From: Rhynchopus sp. YZ270_cl-10
Lineage: Eukaryota
Length of the DNA stretch: 64,000 nucleotides
Assembly (NCBI GenBank): GCA_964035575.1
Contig: OZ037841.1
Location: 620,001-684,000 of the forward strand
Direction of reading: 5' to 3'
Program-made: the position numbers and the translations under genes
Notes under the pieces: model-generated
The model's input: only the letters and a program-made list of their open reading frames with translations
Database searches by the model: none
What the model was told of the DNA's origin: nothing
Shown here: positions 23,549-35,787 of the stretch, one piece after another
Layout: each line of letters starts with the position of its first letter
Position numbering within the stretch: the first letter of the stretch is position 1

Positions 23549-26504
23549 GTACCCAGTACCGGGAGGGTATGGCAGGGTATGGCATGGTTTGGCACGGTTT
23601 GGCACGGTATGGCACGGTATGGCAGGGTATGGCAGGGTATGGCACGGTATGGCACGGTTTGGCACGGGTATGGCAGGGTATGGCACGGTTTGGCACGGTA
23701 TGGCACGGTATGGCAGGGTTTGGCACGGTATGGGACATGATTATCCCAAAAAAAAGGCAAACGTGCGGTATGGGAGGGTACGGCAGGGTATGGTTGGGTA
23801 TGGTAGGGTATGCGAGGGTTCGCGAGGGTTTTGGAGGGTTTGGGGGCATTTGAGGGCGGTATGGGGGGGTATGGGACACGATTTTCCAGAAAAATGGACA
23901 AATTTCCTAAACCGACCCGTGGCGTCAACTAGCCTATGTTAGTTGTCAAACAACATTTCCCAGAAAATCAAACTCCTGCTCTACAAACGAAGCTAAAAAG
24001 AAGAAAATATGAATATACCTCGTGTGCAGATCTTTTGAGAGGGAAAAATGAAAAATGGGGGAAGTGATTCTTATTGTGGGCACTCTCAGTTTCTCTGAAA
24101 TGCTTGCTGCGGAGAACGCAACAGGAAAAAGAATGTTTGCCGAACCTAAGCCTCGCTTAGCTACCTTGACAAACAACGCTCCCACCTGACCAGAACAGAA
24201 CGCACATTATGGTAAAGAAAGCAACCGTGAAAGACGTATCGCACCTCATTGACGTACACATCTCGTATAAAATAATAAACGAGCAAACTCATGGGTAAGA
24301 AGGCTTCGACATGCAACGTATGTCAGTTGGGAGGAAAGGGTACGTGGGTGACACTGGGCTCTATCCTGCATGCAAAAAACGGGCATTTCCCCGCCACCTT
24401 TATGGCACAAGTGAAAACACGGTGTGCGTGGATGTGGTATCTGGGGTTGGCCACGAAATACACAGGAAAGAAAACAGACATTCAAACAGAAGCAGGATAT
24501 GCTTGTAATAAAAGGGAGAAGGGGGGGGAAATCGGATGGTCGGCCACTTAAGAAAAAGGGGAAGAAAAGAGGTGTCCCTATTCGTAGCTGATTTTAGCTT
24601 GGGTAAACTAAAGGAAGACCACTATACGGGATAGCACCAGATAAAAAAATTATTTTTATAAGAAAGCTTGTGGTGTTTGGAGAATTGGGTGGGGATGTTC
24701 GTAGCGTTCCGCAGAGGCGGGGATGTAGAAAGATTTGTGAAAAACAAAAGAAAAAAAAAAAACGTTTGTCAGATTGCCTAAGCCCCTCGTGCTTAGTCAC
24801 ATAAAGAATGGACACACAGCGTGCACACCATCCATTTAAATGTGTCTGTGACGATGCAAACGGCAACTTTATTTTGCTACTTGGGTATCAGACGGCCGCT
24901 CGCACAGATTGACATATATACCTTTGCGGAGTCGTTTTCTCTTCCAAAAATCGGCTCAGCGGTATGTGGTATGTGGTGTGTATTATGAAAAAAACTTAAG
25001 TTAAAACGATTTTGTTGTCTCTCGGCACATGCATCGACATATGATCATTATCGTGAGGATACGCACAAAGAAAAAGGGAAGTGAAGTTGATAACGAAGAC
25101 ATCTCTTTCTTGAAAGATGGGCGTGTGTAACCTGCAGGCATTTCCGGGATGCAGACACACGGAAACAATATCAGACGATAGAGGCCTCTCATGTTTCACT
25201 TAAAAAACCCCCCGCAAAAAAAAAAAAAGTGAAGTTGATACAGGGAAGTTCCTAAGTGGGACCGAGAACATGAAATTCTGGATTTTAGTTTTTTTTTCCT
25301 TTTTTTTTTTCCTTTTTTTCCTTGGGGGGCTTTCTTGTGGTTTCTAGTGGGTTTCACTGTAGGTGACACACCACCAGTGTGGTGAAATGGTCGAAACTCT
25401 CAAAAGCAAGAGTTTTCAGGGGGCAAGAAAAAAAAATTGACAACAAAATCCTGCACCGTCAGGGCTGTACCCCCAATTTTTTTTTGCCTGCGGCGCCATT
25501 TTTCATTTTTTGCTCTGCAAAAAAGGGTTCGTTGGAAGCTAGATTTTTACACTGTACTCAAAATTTTTTGCCTGCGGCGCCATTTATATTATTTTTTGCT
25601 CCGCAAAAAGAGAAGTGCAAACGCCTCACCGTTCATCGGCGGAAGCACTGGTTCCACGGGTTATCGAACCCCAGAGAGCACTTCATTGGCATGCACGCGG
25701 TTACCGCGAGGGAGCGTGTATGCAGGTACAAAATCACTGCCCCATCCAAATAATATTCCCAACGTCTTTGGGGGTCCCCTTGCATTTTGCAGCCAAAAAT
25801 GCAACTAGACCAAAGCTGCAAAAAGTTCCGCGCGAGTGTAGCGCGCCCGGGTTTGGGACCCCTTTTTGAATTTCGAAGGGCGGTTAAAGTGGGCCCAGAA
25901 TCACAGTTCTGACACTCATTTAGCATTGTGAGCAACTCACTAGTGGTCGTAACCAAAATTTGTATCAATCAAGAACTTGTCCATTTTCTCGAAATGACCC
26001 CACTACAGTGAGGGTAGAGCTCGGAAAGCCCGAAAAAGGGCCAAAAACCCCACCCAAAAAAAGGAAAAAAACGGGAACATAAATCCAGAATTTTGCTGTT
26101 TTTCCCGAGAACAAGGAACAACCCTGAGTTGATAGTGCCTATAAATGCCTCTGGGACGCAGGCACTGACACTCCGTGGGTTATCGAACCCCGGAGTGTTG
26201 CATTTGGAGTTGCTGACAGGGAAACTGCAAGCAAGCACACAGTCATTTCCCCAACCTGCTTGGGAAGGGGTCATCACATAATGGAAAGACTCAAGAAAGA
26301 CACGTGTCCTGGAACACAACACTGGGCGTCTGCTGAACCCGATGGACCACGATGTGTCCCAATGCCTTCGCAGAAGCTGCTCAAAATTGAATGAGGCAGT
26401 ACAGACCTGGGGTGTCGCTTCAGTTCAGTCCCGCTTCGGTGAGCCCGCCGGCTTGCAAAAAAAAAAAAAAAAAAGACTTTTATTGGAGCAAACGTGGAAC
26501 AAGA

Positions 26505-29500
26505 TTAACTCAACAATGCACTGTTTCTTGCGAGACTGCGCCTTGCTGGACGTGGTGTGCGGGGAGTTGGTGTAGTAGATGGCACCATTGCGAGGCCTAA
26601 ACCTAACTGTGTAAAATCTTCCATTTGGAAGCTTCTGCTTGAACATTGCGTCAAGGGCACATTCATTGTCACCTGCGATGAATTGCACTCAGAAAAACCA
26701 CGTTCAGAGACATCCCCAACACTCTGACACCTCTGCAGAGCAACACCCTTCCGCCCCGCAAACACACTCTCCTGCAATCGAACCCGCCTACCACTACAGA
26801 ACACATACAACTCCGTTACCACATCCACCACAACTTTCATCAAGATCACGACCCCGTTACACCATGGACTCGTAATGACATTACGTGACGAGGGACGAGG
26901 GAAATTACGTGGGAAATTACGCGCGCAATGACGTCGTCACGACGCGGGCACCCCCTCGTAATGACGACGTCATGACGTGGGGTTTCCCTCGTCACGACGA
27001 CGGCATTACGACGTCATGACGAGGGGGTGCCCTCGTAATTACGAGGGCACCCCTCGTAATTACGAGGGGTGCTCCCGTGGTCATTGTCTGGCTATTGCCT
27101 CCCAGGGAAAGGGACTCTCGAATTTTTTTTTTTTGGCCCCTATATAGGGCTAATTTCGACGATTTGAGGCCATTAAAAGCAAAATTTGGCACTTTTAAGC
27201 ATCTGTGGGGGTCTAATGGCCGTATTTTGGCTGAAATTTGACTTGACAATTTTTTTCACCATTTGGTCAATCTGAGGTTTTCTTTGGATTTTTTGGGCCA
27301 CTTTATGACCTACCACGCCCGATTTTTGAAAAAAAAATTTTTTTTTGTATTGGTCAAAAATCGCCTTGTCGTGGGTGCCCACGTCATGACGACGTCGTGA
27401 CGTGGTAATTACGAGGGGGTGCCCTCGTAATTACCTCGTCATGACGAGGGCACCCCCTCGTAATTACGAGGGGGTGCCCTCGTCAAGGCACTCGTAATTA
27501 CCTCGTCATGACGCGCGTAATGTCATTACGAGTCCATGGTGTAACGAACAAAAGGCTGGTCGCAATGCGGAACGTCCAAAAGGTCTCATCTTCACTGTAA
27601 TACCCTGCAGCCATCAAGGCCATTGCGGTGCACTGCAGTCCATTTGCGACGACACCAAAACAGGAGTCGCGGAAGCGGCAGTGCGGCCAGAGGATTGACT
27701 CAAGAAGGAGAAGGGCAAGAAACACCACTGCAGAGAAGGCTTTGATGTGCCCACAGCCGATGATGTGGAGGGGCTCTGCGCTCTGCAGGGCAGAGAGCGT
27801 GAAGGAGGCGGCAAGCTCGAGGAGAAAGAACCATGAGGTGTCTTGACGGAAGGTGCGTATAGCAGAGGCAAAGCGTTCCACAAACATGGTGGTGTCGGTG
27901 TTAACCCACTCACCACTCCCGATGAAGAACACCAGAAGCCAGCCCCGCCTCGTCGTGGCCCCAGCATACACGCCCAGCCCCCCCACACCTCACACCCTCA
28001 CCACCAAGTATGTCACAACAATAGATACGACTATGCAGAGCACCACAGCAACCCCGCCCATGGCAGCCTCAACAGCGTTCTGTGGATGCAGGATCAAGTT
28101 CATCCCTGCATAAGTAAGCGACTGAAACAAAAGCTGGAACACCAAAAACGGTGCAGAAGGGAGACGCAGAAAGCCCATTGTGTCGATGCCCGCAAAAAAG
28201 CGGGGGAAACAGTGCACGGCTGCCTGGAGGAGGAGAACGGAGAGAAGTGCGCACGTAACTAATAGTGCGGTGTTGCCAGCGAGGGCGCCGGCAGCCTCAG
28301 ATCCGTTGATCGTCAGCCCAACGGGGTTGAGTGCACGCGGGAAGCGTTTTGCGCTGTTCTCCCCGTACAGACACGGTGCACTCACAAGCGCCATCCGCAT
28401 CGCCGCGCCTCCACCCTGCGCAGCACCGAACACTGCAACCGTGGCGGCCACGCTTGACACTGTCTGCACCTCCGCCACGTCCGTGTCGCCAATGTGGCTC
28501 GGTGCTGCATCTGCAACGGCAGGTGGTGTGCCAGAAGAGGCAGGTTCGACGGGGGAAGGTGACGATGAAGTTGATGGTAAAGGTGAAGGTGGTGCCATCG
28601 GCCCCATACTGTCTGGCGAGTCGGTTGCTGGTGCAGCTGTCCCAGGTGAAGATGACGGAGGTGCTGAGGTCAGCGGTGAAAGTGTTCCCTGTGATGGTGT
28701 CGGAGGTGGGGATGTAGGGGGTGACGGTGTCGGTGGCGGTGGTGTCAGAGGTGAAGGTGTCGGTGGAGAGGGTGTTGGCGGTGAGGAAGTAGGCGGTGAT
28801 GGTGTTCGAGGTGCAGGAGTTGGCGGTGAGGGTGTGAGAGGTGCGGGTGTTGGAGGTGAAGGCGTTGGCGGTGCAGGGGTTGGTGGCGACGGTGTCGGTG
28901 GACTAGGTGTTGGTGGTGAAGGAGTCGGAGGTGATGGAGTTGGCGGTGCGGGTGTTGGTGGCGACGGTGTCGGTGGTGACGGTGTCGGAGGTGCTGGAGT
29001 TGGCGGTGAGGGTGTGAGAGGTGCGGGTGTTGGAGGCACCAGTGTTGCTGGGTCAAACACCCACTGGACGGGGACATTGGCCACTTTAGCCCATATGTTC
29101 CCGAGCAGCGTCAGACCTATCCTTGTGGGGTTCGTTACTACTTCGAGCGAAGAAACTTCCCAATCATCTGTTGCATCTGACGGGGGTGTGATAGTGACTG
29201 TGTGGACAGCTGTGGGTGGAAACGGGCAAATGAGGTCGATGGTGACGACCACTCCGCTGATCGGTGCTTCGTAGATGCCTCCGTTGCATGTGTACACGTT
29301 TGCCTGCGGGCCTTCTGACGTCACATCCACGTCCATTTGGTGCACACTCCCGTGATGATAGTCAGAGTCGTAACCGACCTCGACCCGGATGGAGTACTGC
29401 CTGTACCACTGCGTGATGCCGTGCACCTGTGTGTCCAGGATTGCCACCTGACCCCCTATGTCGCGAGCCACCCATTGCATCCAACGTGGCCCAGCCACAC

Positions 29501-30536
29501 CACCCACAGTCCTCACCTCATACGACTCCACTGCCATTATCGCCACCGCACCCATGCCCACAACACTCAGCTCCATAGACTCGACCGCACCCGTTGTGAA
29601 CAGGCAGGTGTTCGGGAACACCACTGTCCCAGATGTGGCCGTGACGTCTGCTAACGCACATTTCTCGCCGTCCCTGGACGTCATCGTGACGGTGATTGTC
29701 CTGGGCGCGGCAGTGTCGGCCGTGATGCGGAACACCCCTCTGTCCGAGGACGTGTCTGGAGGCACCATGACTGGCGGTGTGGCATGTACCCACTGCACCT
29801 CTGTGGCGTACGTTGTGGCTGGTCCGTCCGTGTCGACCCAGTAGCCTGCCACAGTGCCTCCGACAAAGAGCTGCTCCCAAGTGTCAACGACAAGCAGCTC
29901 CACTCTTGTCACCTCCCAGCCTGCGCCGGAATACGCAGTGGCAGAAGCGCTAAGCACATCCGCTGCAGGGAACGCACACGTCGCCGTCACCTCCACTACC
30001 TGCCCCGCCATTGTGTCGCCCAGCACGGAGAACAGGCACGACAGCGCCCCACTTGCGTATGCCTGCACCACGCGTTGCCCGAGGCAGTCCGCCGCCCCAG
30101 TGTAGAACCGGAGACGGACCTGCTCCGGCACATACCATGACACTGTCTTGAGTTGTGGCAGTGCTGGCACGTCGTCTACCCAGGCTGTCGTGCTGCGGCT
30201 GACAGGGGCCCACCATTTGCGGTACGTACCGCCAGCATCCTTGACTTCCATGGCCGCACACTCCCAACCATCAACAGAGAGCGCAGTCGCCTCCACACGC
30301 CATATATCCGTGTCTGCGAAGGGGCAGTCTGCAGATATCTCAGTTGGGGTGCCCAAAACCTTTGTCGGCATGTCGGCTCTGACAATACACGAGGCGCCGT
30401 TCTTGTTGTGCACGACCACTTTCACATTTCCACCGATTGAAGAACCACGTGTCCCTGTAGTGTACCGCACCGTCACCACTGCTGCATCGTACGAAAGGAA
30501 ACAACAAAAAAGACAAAATAGCAAAGAGACACACAT
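26505..30536 (-). pseudogene. Disrupted surface protein: signal peptide, PLAT-like beta domains, (PTPSP)n stalk, multipass TM domain; paralog of 46542-52379
   Basis: Shared motifs with the paralog (AMRMALV, GALAGN, GFLRLPSAP, GSGEWVN, IGCGH, DVVTELY); in-frame TGA at 27990-27992 and MITE at 26860-27541. Confidence 0.8.
26860..27541. mobile_element. Tc1/mariner-like MITE inserted in coding sequence
   Basis: 26-bp perfect TIR CACCATGGACTCGTAATGACATTACG; TA duplication; subterminal CTCGTAATTACGAG palindromes; removal restores the reading frame. Confidence 0.93.
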
Positions 30537-30847
30537 AGGCGATAAGAATCGCTCTGTGGGTGGGGAATAGGGCAATGTGGGTTGAGCAGTTGGTGTTGGG
30601 TTCGATTGTTCAGAGTGAACAGAAAGAGATGGGGGGTTTTCTTGTGTTTTGCATCTAATTCGATTCAACCCAATCGTTATGTGAAAGGAAGTGAATCATG
30701 GGGAGGTTACAAGCAGTCACGTGCTCACCTTGTCCTGCAATTAGTTCTCAAAGTTCGCGTTAAGGGTGTGCGTATATGTTTTGTATGTTTTTTATCTAAA
30801 GCCTTGTGTCTCCTGCAAGGCATCTGGGTTGGTCCTCAGCAGTGCAC

Positions 30848-31126
30848 TTACTTTCCAGGGAACTGTGCGTTCTTCTGCTGCTCAAGCAGCTCCTGGAACT
30901 TCTGCTTGAAGTGCGCAGAGTGGTCACGCATCTTCTTGTTGAACTTGTCGGTGTGCTCCTTGATCATCTTCTCGAACTTGTCGTAGTGCTCCTTCATCTC
31001 GGGGGAGAGCGTGCTCTCGTCGGGCTTGTCCGCGAAGAACTTCTTGTTCTGCTCCTCCATCTTCTTACCGAACTCAGCATCGAGACGGTCAAGCTTGTCA
31101 GAGAACTCCTGGTAGGTGGTGCACAT
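30848..31126 (-). CDS. KMP-11: Kinetoplastid membrane protein 11, copy 2
   Basis: Protein identical to copy 1. Confidence 0.96.
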   Translation of the reverse strand: MCTTYQEFSDKLDRLDAEFGKKMEEQNKKFFADKPDESTLSPEMKEHYDKFEKMIKEHTDKFNKKMRDHSAHFKQKFQELLEQQKNAQFPGK

Positions 31127-31483
31127 TGTTGCTGTGGTGTTGTGTTGTGTATAAATCTGTTTCGTGAGGGTTGTGAACAAATCATGCACAGAAGACCCAA
31201 CCCACAGCACAACCCCAGCCGCTGGTGGGTCAACACAAGATCGACACACCTGCGTGCACAAAGCCAGAAGCTCTTCACACCTGCATCGCACACAGAAGCG
31301 AACGTGCAGTGTGGCAACCCAACCCAATCCAGAGATCTCCCTTCTCACAGACGCTCACTCAACCATGTGAACGTGCAGCGTACCCCACCCACCCTCGCAG
31401 CACAGAGTGGACAACAAGTCAACACCTCTGAGCTGCCACACAGAAGACCCAACCCACCCAAACATGAAGACAAACAGATGCAT

Positions 31484-31558
31484 TCAGTAGACCATCGTGA
31501 AACGTATCCGGTTATAATCAGTGTCGATCAGCGAGCTGGGATTATGATTTGTCATCAT
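31484..31558 (-). ncRNA. Box C/D snoRNA species A, copy 4
   Basis: Identical core to copy 1. Confidence 0.9.
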
Positions 31559-32086
31559 TTGCATGCAGGACTTGGCCTCAGGGTTTCGATGCTTTCTTTT
31601 GAGACATGAGGGCAAAGTTAGGCGTTCAAACGGACCTGGATTTCACAGGAAAACACAGCAACCTTATGCCTTATACGAAGGACATCTGCAGGTTGTCCGA
31701 CTCTTCAGCATTGACTCCGGTGCAGAGGGTGTCCATGCGCACTTTGGTGTGGTATTTGATGCGCGATTTCTCAAACGAGCACATCTTAGAAACCCTTAGC
31801 GAGCAAAATCAGAACTGAATTGAAGGAATTCCTCGGAGGACAAACTGCGGCATTTTCACTGGACAGATCCGCGGAGAAGTCTACGTTCATAAGTTGTTCA
31901 GCGTCACTAGCCCATTGAGAGGGAGACGGCATTTGCTGGTTCTCCACACCTTACCCGATGGGAACCATCAGGATGCAGAAGTTGTAATTGAAAGCATGAA
32001 AAAACAATATGATATCCAGATTGGATGTATTTCTTAGGCACTCTGCAGCTACTAATGTGTAGCTCGTCAAAGAGTCAAACATGCAT

Positions 32087-32161
32087 TCAGTAGACCATCG
32101 TGAAACGTATCCGGTTATAATCAGTGTCGATCAGCGAGCTGGGATTATGATTTGTCATCAT
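32087..32161 (-). ncRNA. Box C/D snoRNA species A, copy 5
   Basis: Identical core to copy 1. Confidence 0.9.
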
Positions 32162-32223
32162 GTTCGTGGCAGGACAATGTTGAGAGAGAGAGGGAAGAAG
32201 GGCAAAAGGAAGGCGGGAAGAAT

Positions 32224-32305
32224 TCAGCAAATAAGAAATTGGTGTTGACTTTAAGCGTATAATCCTCTGGTGTATCATATTGACGTGCAAATGTTTGGTC
32301 ATCAT
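32224..32305 (-). ncRNA. Box C/D snoRNA species B, copy 3
   Basis: Identical core to copy 1. Confidence 0.85.
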
Positions 32306-32726
32306 TTTCTATTTGACAGCACCCTTTACTGGGTGGACAAAGCGTGGGAAGAGAAGGCTGTGAGGACACTACACAGACACATGCGTGTGTGGATTGTGGA
32401 GCAGAAGGGCAAAGCGAAGATGTAACAAAGAACAACATCAAATGGGTGGGTGGTCGTTTGTTTGGTGAGATCATTTACATCTAAACTGCAAAATAAATCA
32501 AAAGAAAAAAGAAAGAAAACAGAAAACTTGAAACCTGAAAAGATGAATGAACATCACACACATCTCAAGAATAAAACATGAGTACAACGTGTCAACACGG
32601 GTGGCACCAGAACTCTCAAAAACAAAGGAAAAAGAGTAAAAGAGTAAAAGAGAAAGACAACACATTGTTTTTATCTAAAGCCTTGTGTCTCCTGCAAGGC
32701 ATCTGGGTTGGTCCTCAGCAGTGCAC

Positions 32727-33005
32727 TTACTTTCCAGGGAACTGTGCGTTCTTCTGCTGCTCAAGCAGCTCCTGGAACTTCTGCTTGAAGTGCGCAGAGT
32801 GGTCACGCATCTTCTTGTTGAACTTGTCGGTGTGCTCCTTGATCATCTTCTCGAACTTGTCGTAGTGCTCCTTCATCTCGGGGGAGAGCGTGCTCTCGTC
32901 GGGCTTGTCCGCGAAGAACTTCTTGTTCTGCTCCTCCATCTTCTTACCGAACTCAGCATCGAGACGGTCAAGCTTGTCAGAGAACTCCTGGTAGGTGGTG
33001 CACAT
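32727..33005 (-). CDS. KMP-11: Kinetoplastid membrane protein 11, copy 3
   Basis: Protein identical to copy 1. Confidence 0.96.
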   Translation of the reverse strand: MCTTYQEFSDKLDRLDAEFGKKMEEQNKKFFADKPDESTLSPEMKEHYDKFEKMIKEHTDKFNKKMRDHSAHFKQKFQELLEQQKNAQFPGK

Positions 33006-33318
33006 TGTTGCTGTGGTGTTGTGTTGTGTATAAATCTGTTTCGTGAGGGTTGCGGTATTCTGAAATATTGAAACACTGACATAAAAACGGATTGGGGCGG
33101 AGGGGGCATCTTTACTCTCCTTCTTTCACAGTGTCTTAATGTTAGACTTTTGTTATAATGAAAAGCAATAATAATTGGAATTGAGAACCCGAATAAAGGG
33201 TAGCAACACCGCTGGGGTAAAGAAGACAAACAAAGAGGGTGAATCTAAATCTCGCTTTTAGCCACCTAACAAGAAAATAGAAGAGAACGAAAAAAAAAAA
33301 AAAAAATCAAGATTGTGT

Positions 33319-34273
33319 CAGGGGTCGCGCTAACTTGCTACCGACTACCGTAGATTTTTGGCGATTTTGCTCGGTACGTTTTTTTTTTGCAAACCGGGGT
33401 TTCCTTACTAAAACCGGAGAAACTCATATTTCATTGTAAGGGTACCATAGCGCGTTTTTGCACACACATGTGACCCCACCGTGGAGAGCAATTGGCTCGC
33501 GCAATCAAAAGAAAGCAGAGAAAAGGGAAAAGAAAAAAGACAAAAGTTGGGTACCGTGCGCCTGCGGCGCTACCTACTGTTCTCAGTCAAGAACACCACA
33601 ATTTCATCTGAAGCTGTGTTTTCAGACTTCAAAATGACTCTTGTTTACGAGAATCGGCAGTCTCGAAAAGTGCACAGGAATAAAAAATGGTGAGAACTTA
33701 AATACCGAAAACTCGTCCATTTTTCCAAAATGACCCCATCACTTTCTGCAATTGCACGATGCGATCAACAAAAACGCCTACCCCTTTTTCGTGATCTGGG
33801 AACATGCTTGCAGGGGTTTCCTTACTAAAACCAGCGAATCTCACATTTCATAGTAAGGGTACTTTAGAGTGTTTTTGTACACACATGTGACCCCACCGTG
33901 GAGAGCAATCGGCTCGTACAATCAAAAGAACGCAGAGAAAAGGGAAAAAGAAAAGACAAAAGTTGGGTACCGTGCGCCTGCGGCGCTACCTACTGTTCTC
34001 AGTGGTGTCAAACGCCACAATTTCATCTGAAGCTGGATTTTCAGACCTGAAAATGCCCTTGATTAAGAGTATGGGTTCATATTTTGTGAAAATTTAAGTC
34101 ACTAAAATTTTGTCCATTTTTCCGAATATGCCCCACCACAGAACGGGATTGGCTCGGAAATGCCACAAAACACTGTTTTTTCACCCCCCAGACGTAAGGC
34201 TATTTGAGGTACGTTTTTTGGTACCGTTTTTCCATTTTTTCGCCGGTTTTCCCCAAAATTAGCGCGACCCCTG
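33319..34273. mobile_element. Non-autonomous hAT-like element, second copy of 15063-16015
   Basis: TIR CAGGGGTCGCGCTAA; 8-bp TSD GATTGTGT at 33311-33318 and 34274-34281. Confidence 0.95.
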
Positions 34274-34319
34274 GATTGTGTGTACGCAAGAAAAGGATGA
34301 TATAGGTATGGTTTTCCTA

Positions 34320-34405
34320 CACGGTGGCCCGAACGGACCCTTAGGGTACGGTCCGCGGGGGGTACCCCCCGGGGTACCCCTCAAAGGGTCCGACGGGCCA
34401 CCGTG
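34320..34405. mobile_element. 86-bp mini-MITE with TA flanks
   Basis: TIR CACGGTGGCCCG, TA both sides. Confidence 0.7.
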
Positions 34406-35000
34406 TAGGGGGGAAACACAAAAAAAAGAAACGGAATAATCAGGGAAATAGCTCCATATACCGAATTATGCGACATCGCATAATTCTGGATTTTTGGGGA
34501 AAAAAAAAAAAAAAAAAAAAAAAGAGGGATTTTTGGGCACTTTTGGGGGCCCCTCGCCCGACCCCCAGATCTCCCAAATGACTGGAATGATGGAATCTTA
34601 AAATTTTCGCTCGCTGCGTTTGCAGAGGTACCGTACCCCTTATTTTTTTTTGCCTGCGGCGCCATTTTCCTTTTTTGCTCCGCAAAAAAGGGTTTGTTGA
34701 GTGGCTGTGTGGTTGTAAACCAGCATTTTTACACCGTACCCTATTTTTTTTTCGCCTGCGGCGCCATTTATTTTTTTCCCACACGGTTAGTGGAACGTAA
34801 GGTGCAAGACCAAGCTCCGTAATAAAGGATTACATTCCGTTGTTTTTTGTTATCTCGCAATTTGACCTTTCGCCTCTCCACTCAGGGAGGCTTGCGCAAA
34901 GCGCACAACGACCGCTTTCGACCGGGCGAAAAAAAATTTCGTTTTCGCATAATTCCTGATTTTGGAGGAAAACCAAGCTATTTCCCTGGGAATAATGTCA

Positions 35001-35031
<31 letters not shown>

Positions 35032-35751
35032 GAGAAAACAGAGAAAAGAAAAGAAAATCTGAAAGTGCAAAAAAAAAAACGCACCACCAAGTCAGGTGGG
35101 GGTGTTTGCTATTCCATCGAATCGTGAGGGGAAAGGTAGCGTTGATAAAAAAGGAAGGGGAAAAAAAGAGAAGTTGAAAGATGAATGTGCCTCACATTTG
35201 TTTTCGGCTCTGAGAACTGGCAGTCGCAATTTAATGAAAAGAAAAAAGAAAAAAAGAAAAAGAAACAACAACTCAGATAGAGGAGGGAAAAGGCGTATAC
35301 TAGTGACAATATATACATCTAAGGGTGGAAGGCGCGCAAATTACCCTATAGCAACACTGCTGAGGCAGCGAAGGGAAATCGTAACTTCTGGCACTACGTG
35401 TTATGGAGTTTTTTTGCACTGGAGCGCTAGAGAATTGGTATGTCCGAAGGAAAACAAAAAAAAAGCACAGCTCCACAGATGCAGTCACTGAACACCTTTG
35501 TTGGGATTGGCAAATCCCTCAAAAAATAACCGATTCATATCATTTCAATTCAAGGGGAACAGAAGAATTGAACAAAAAATTTCAACAATAAAAAGAAATA
35601 ACACCAAAGGCGAAGCTGTGGCAGTGCGGTGATGAACCACGTTTAGTACACAGGACAAGAAAAAAAAGGAGAAAAACGACAGCCATAGAAGATAGGCTGC
35701 CGAACTGCGTCACCTCTCCGCTCATCATGTGCACAAACAAAGAAAACCTGT

Positions 35752-35787
35752 CAGATGAATCATGCCTCTCGTACACACACACATCTA
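35752..35787 (-). repeat. Dispersed stem-loop repeat, family B (representative)
   Basis: Plus-strand consensus TTGAAAGATGAATGTGCCTCTCGTACACACACATCT; copies near 225, 1910, 13722, 14868, 18752, 35173, 37690, 44406, 45942. Confidence 0.75.

Larger units (their letters stand above)
22193..23937. mobile_element. Non-autonomous TIR element filled with tandem arrays
   Basis: TIR ATAGGCTAGTTGACG(T/C)CACGG; GTTA on both flanks; internal 10-mer GGTATGGCA(G/C) arrays at both ends. Confidence 0.8.

Noticed and set aside
22176..23942. ORFs with YPVPSTQ and GMARFG repeats
   Set aside because: Tandem-repeat artefacts within a TIR element
18303..32161. Repeated 75-bp unit as a CRISPR repeat
   Set aside because: Eukaryotic context, no regular spacers or cas genes; explained as a C/D snoRNA
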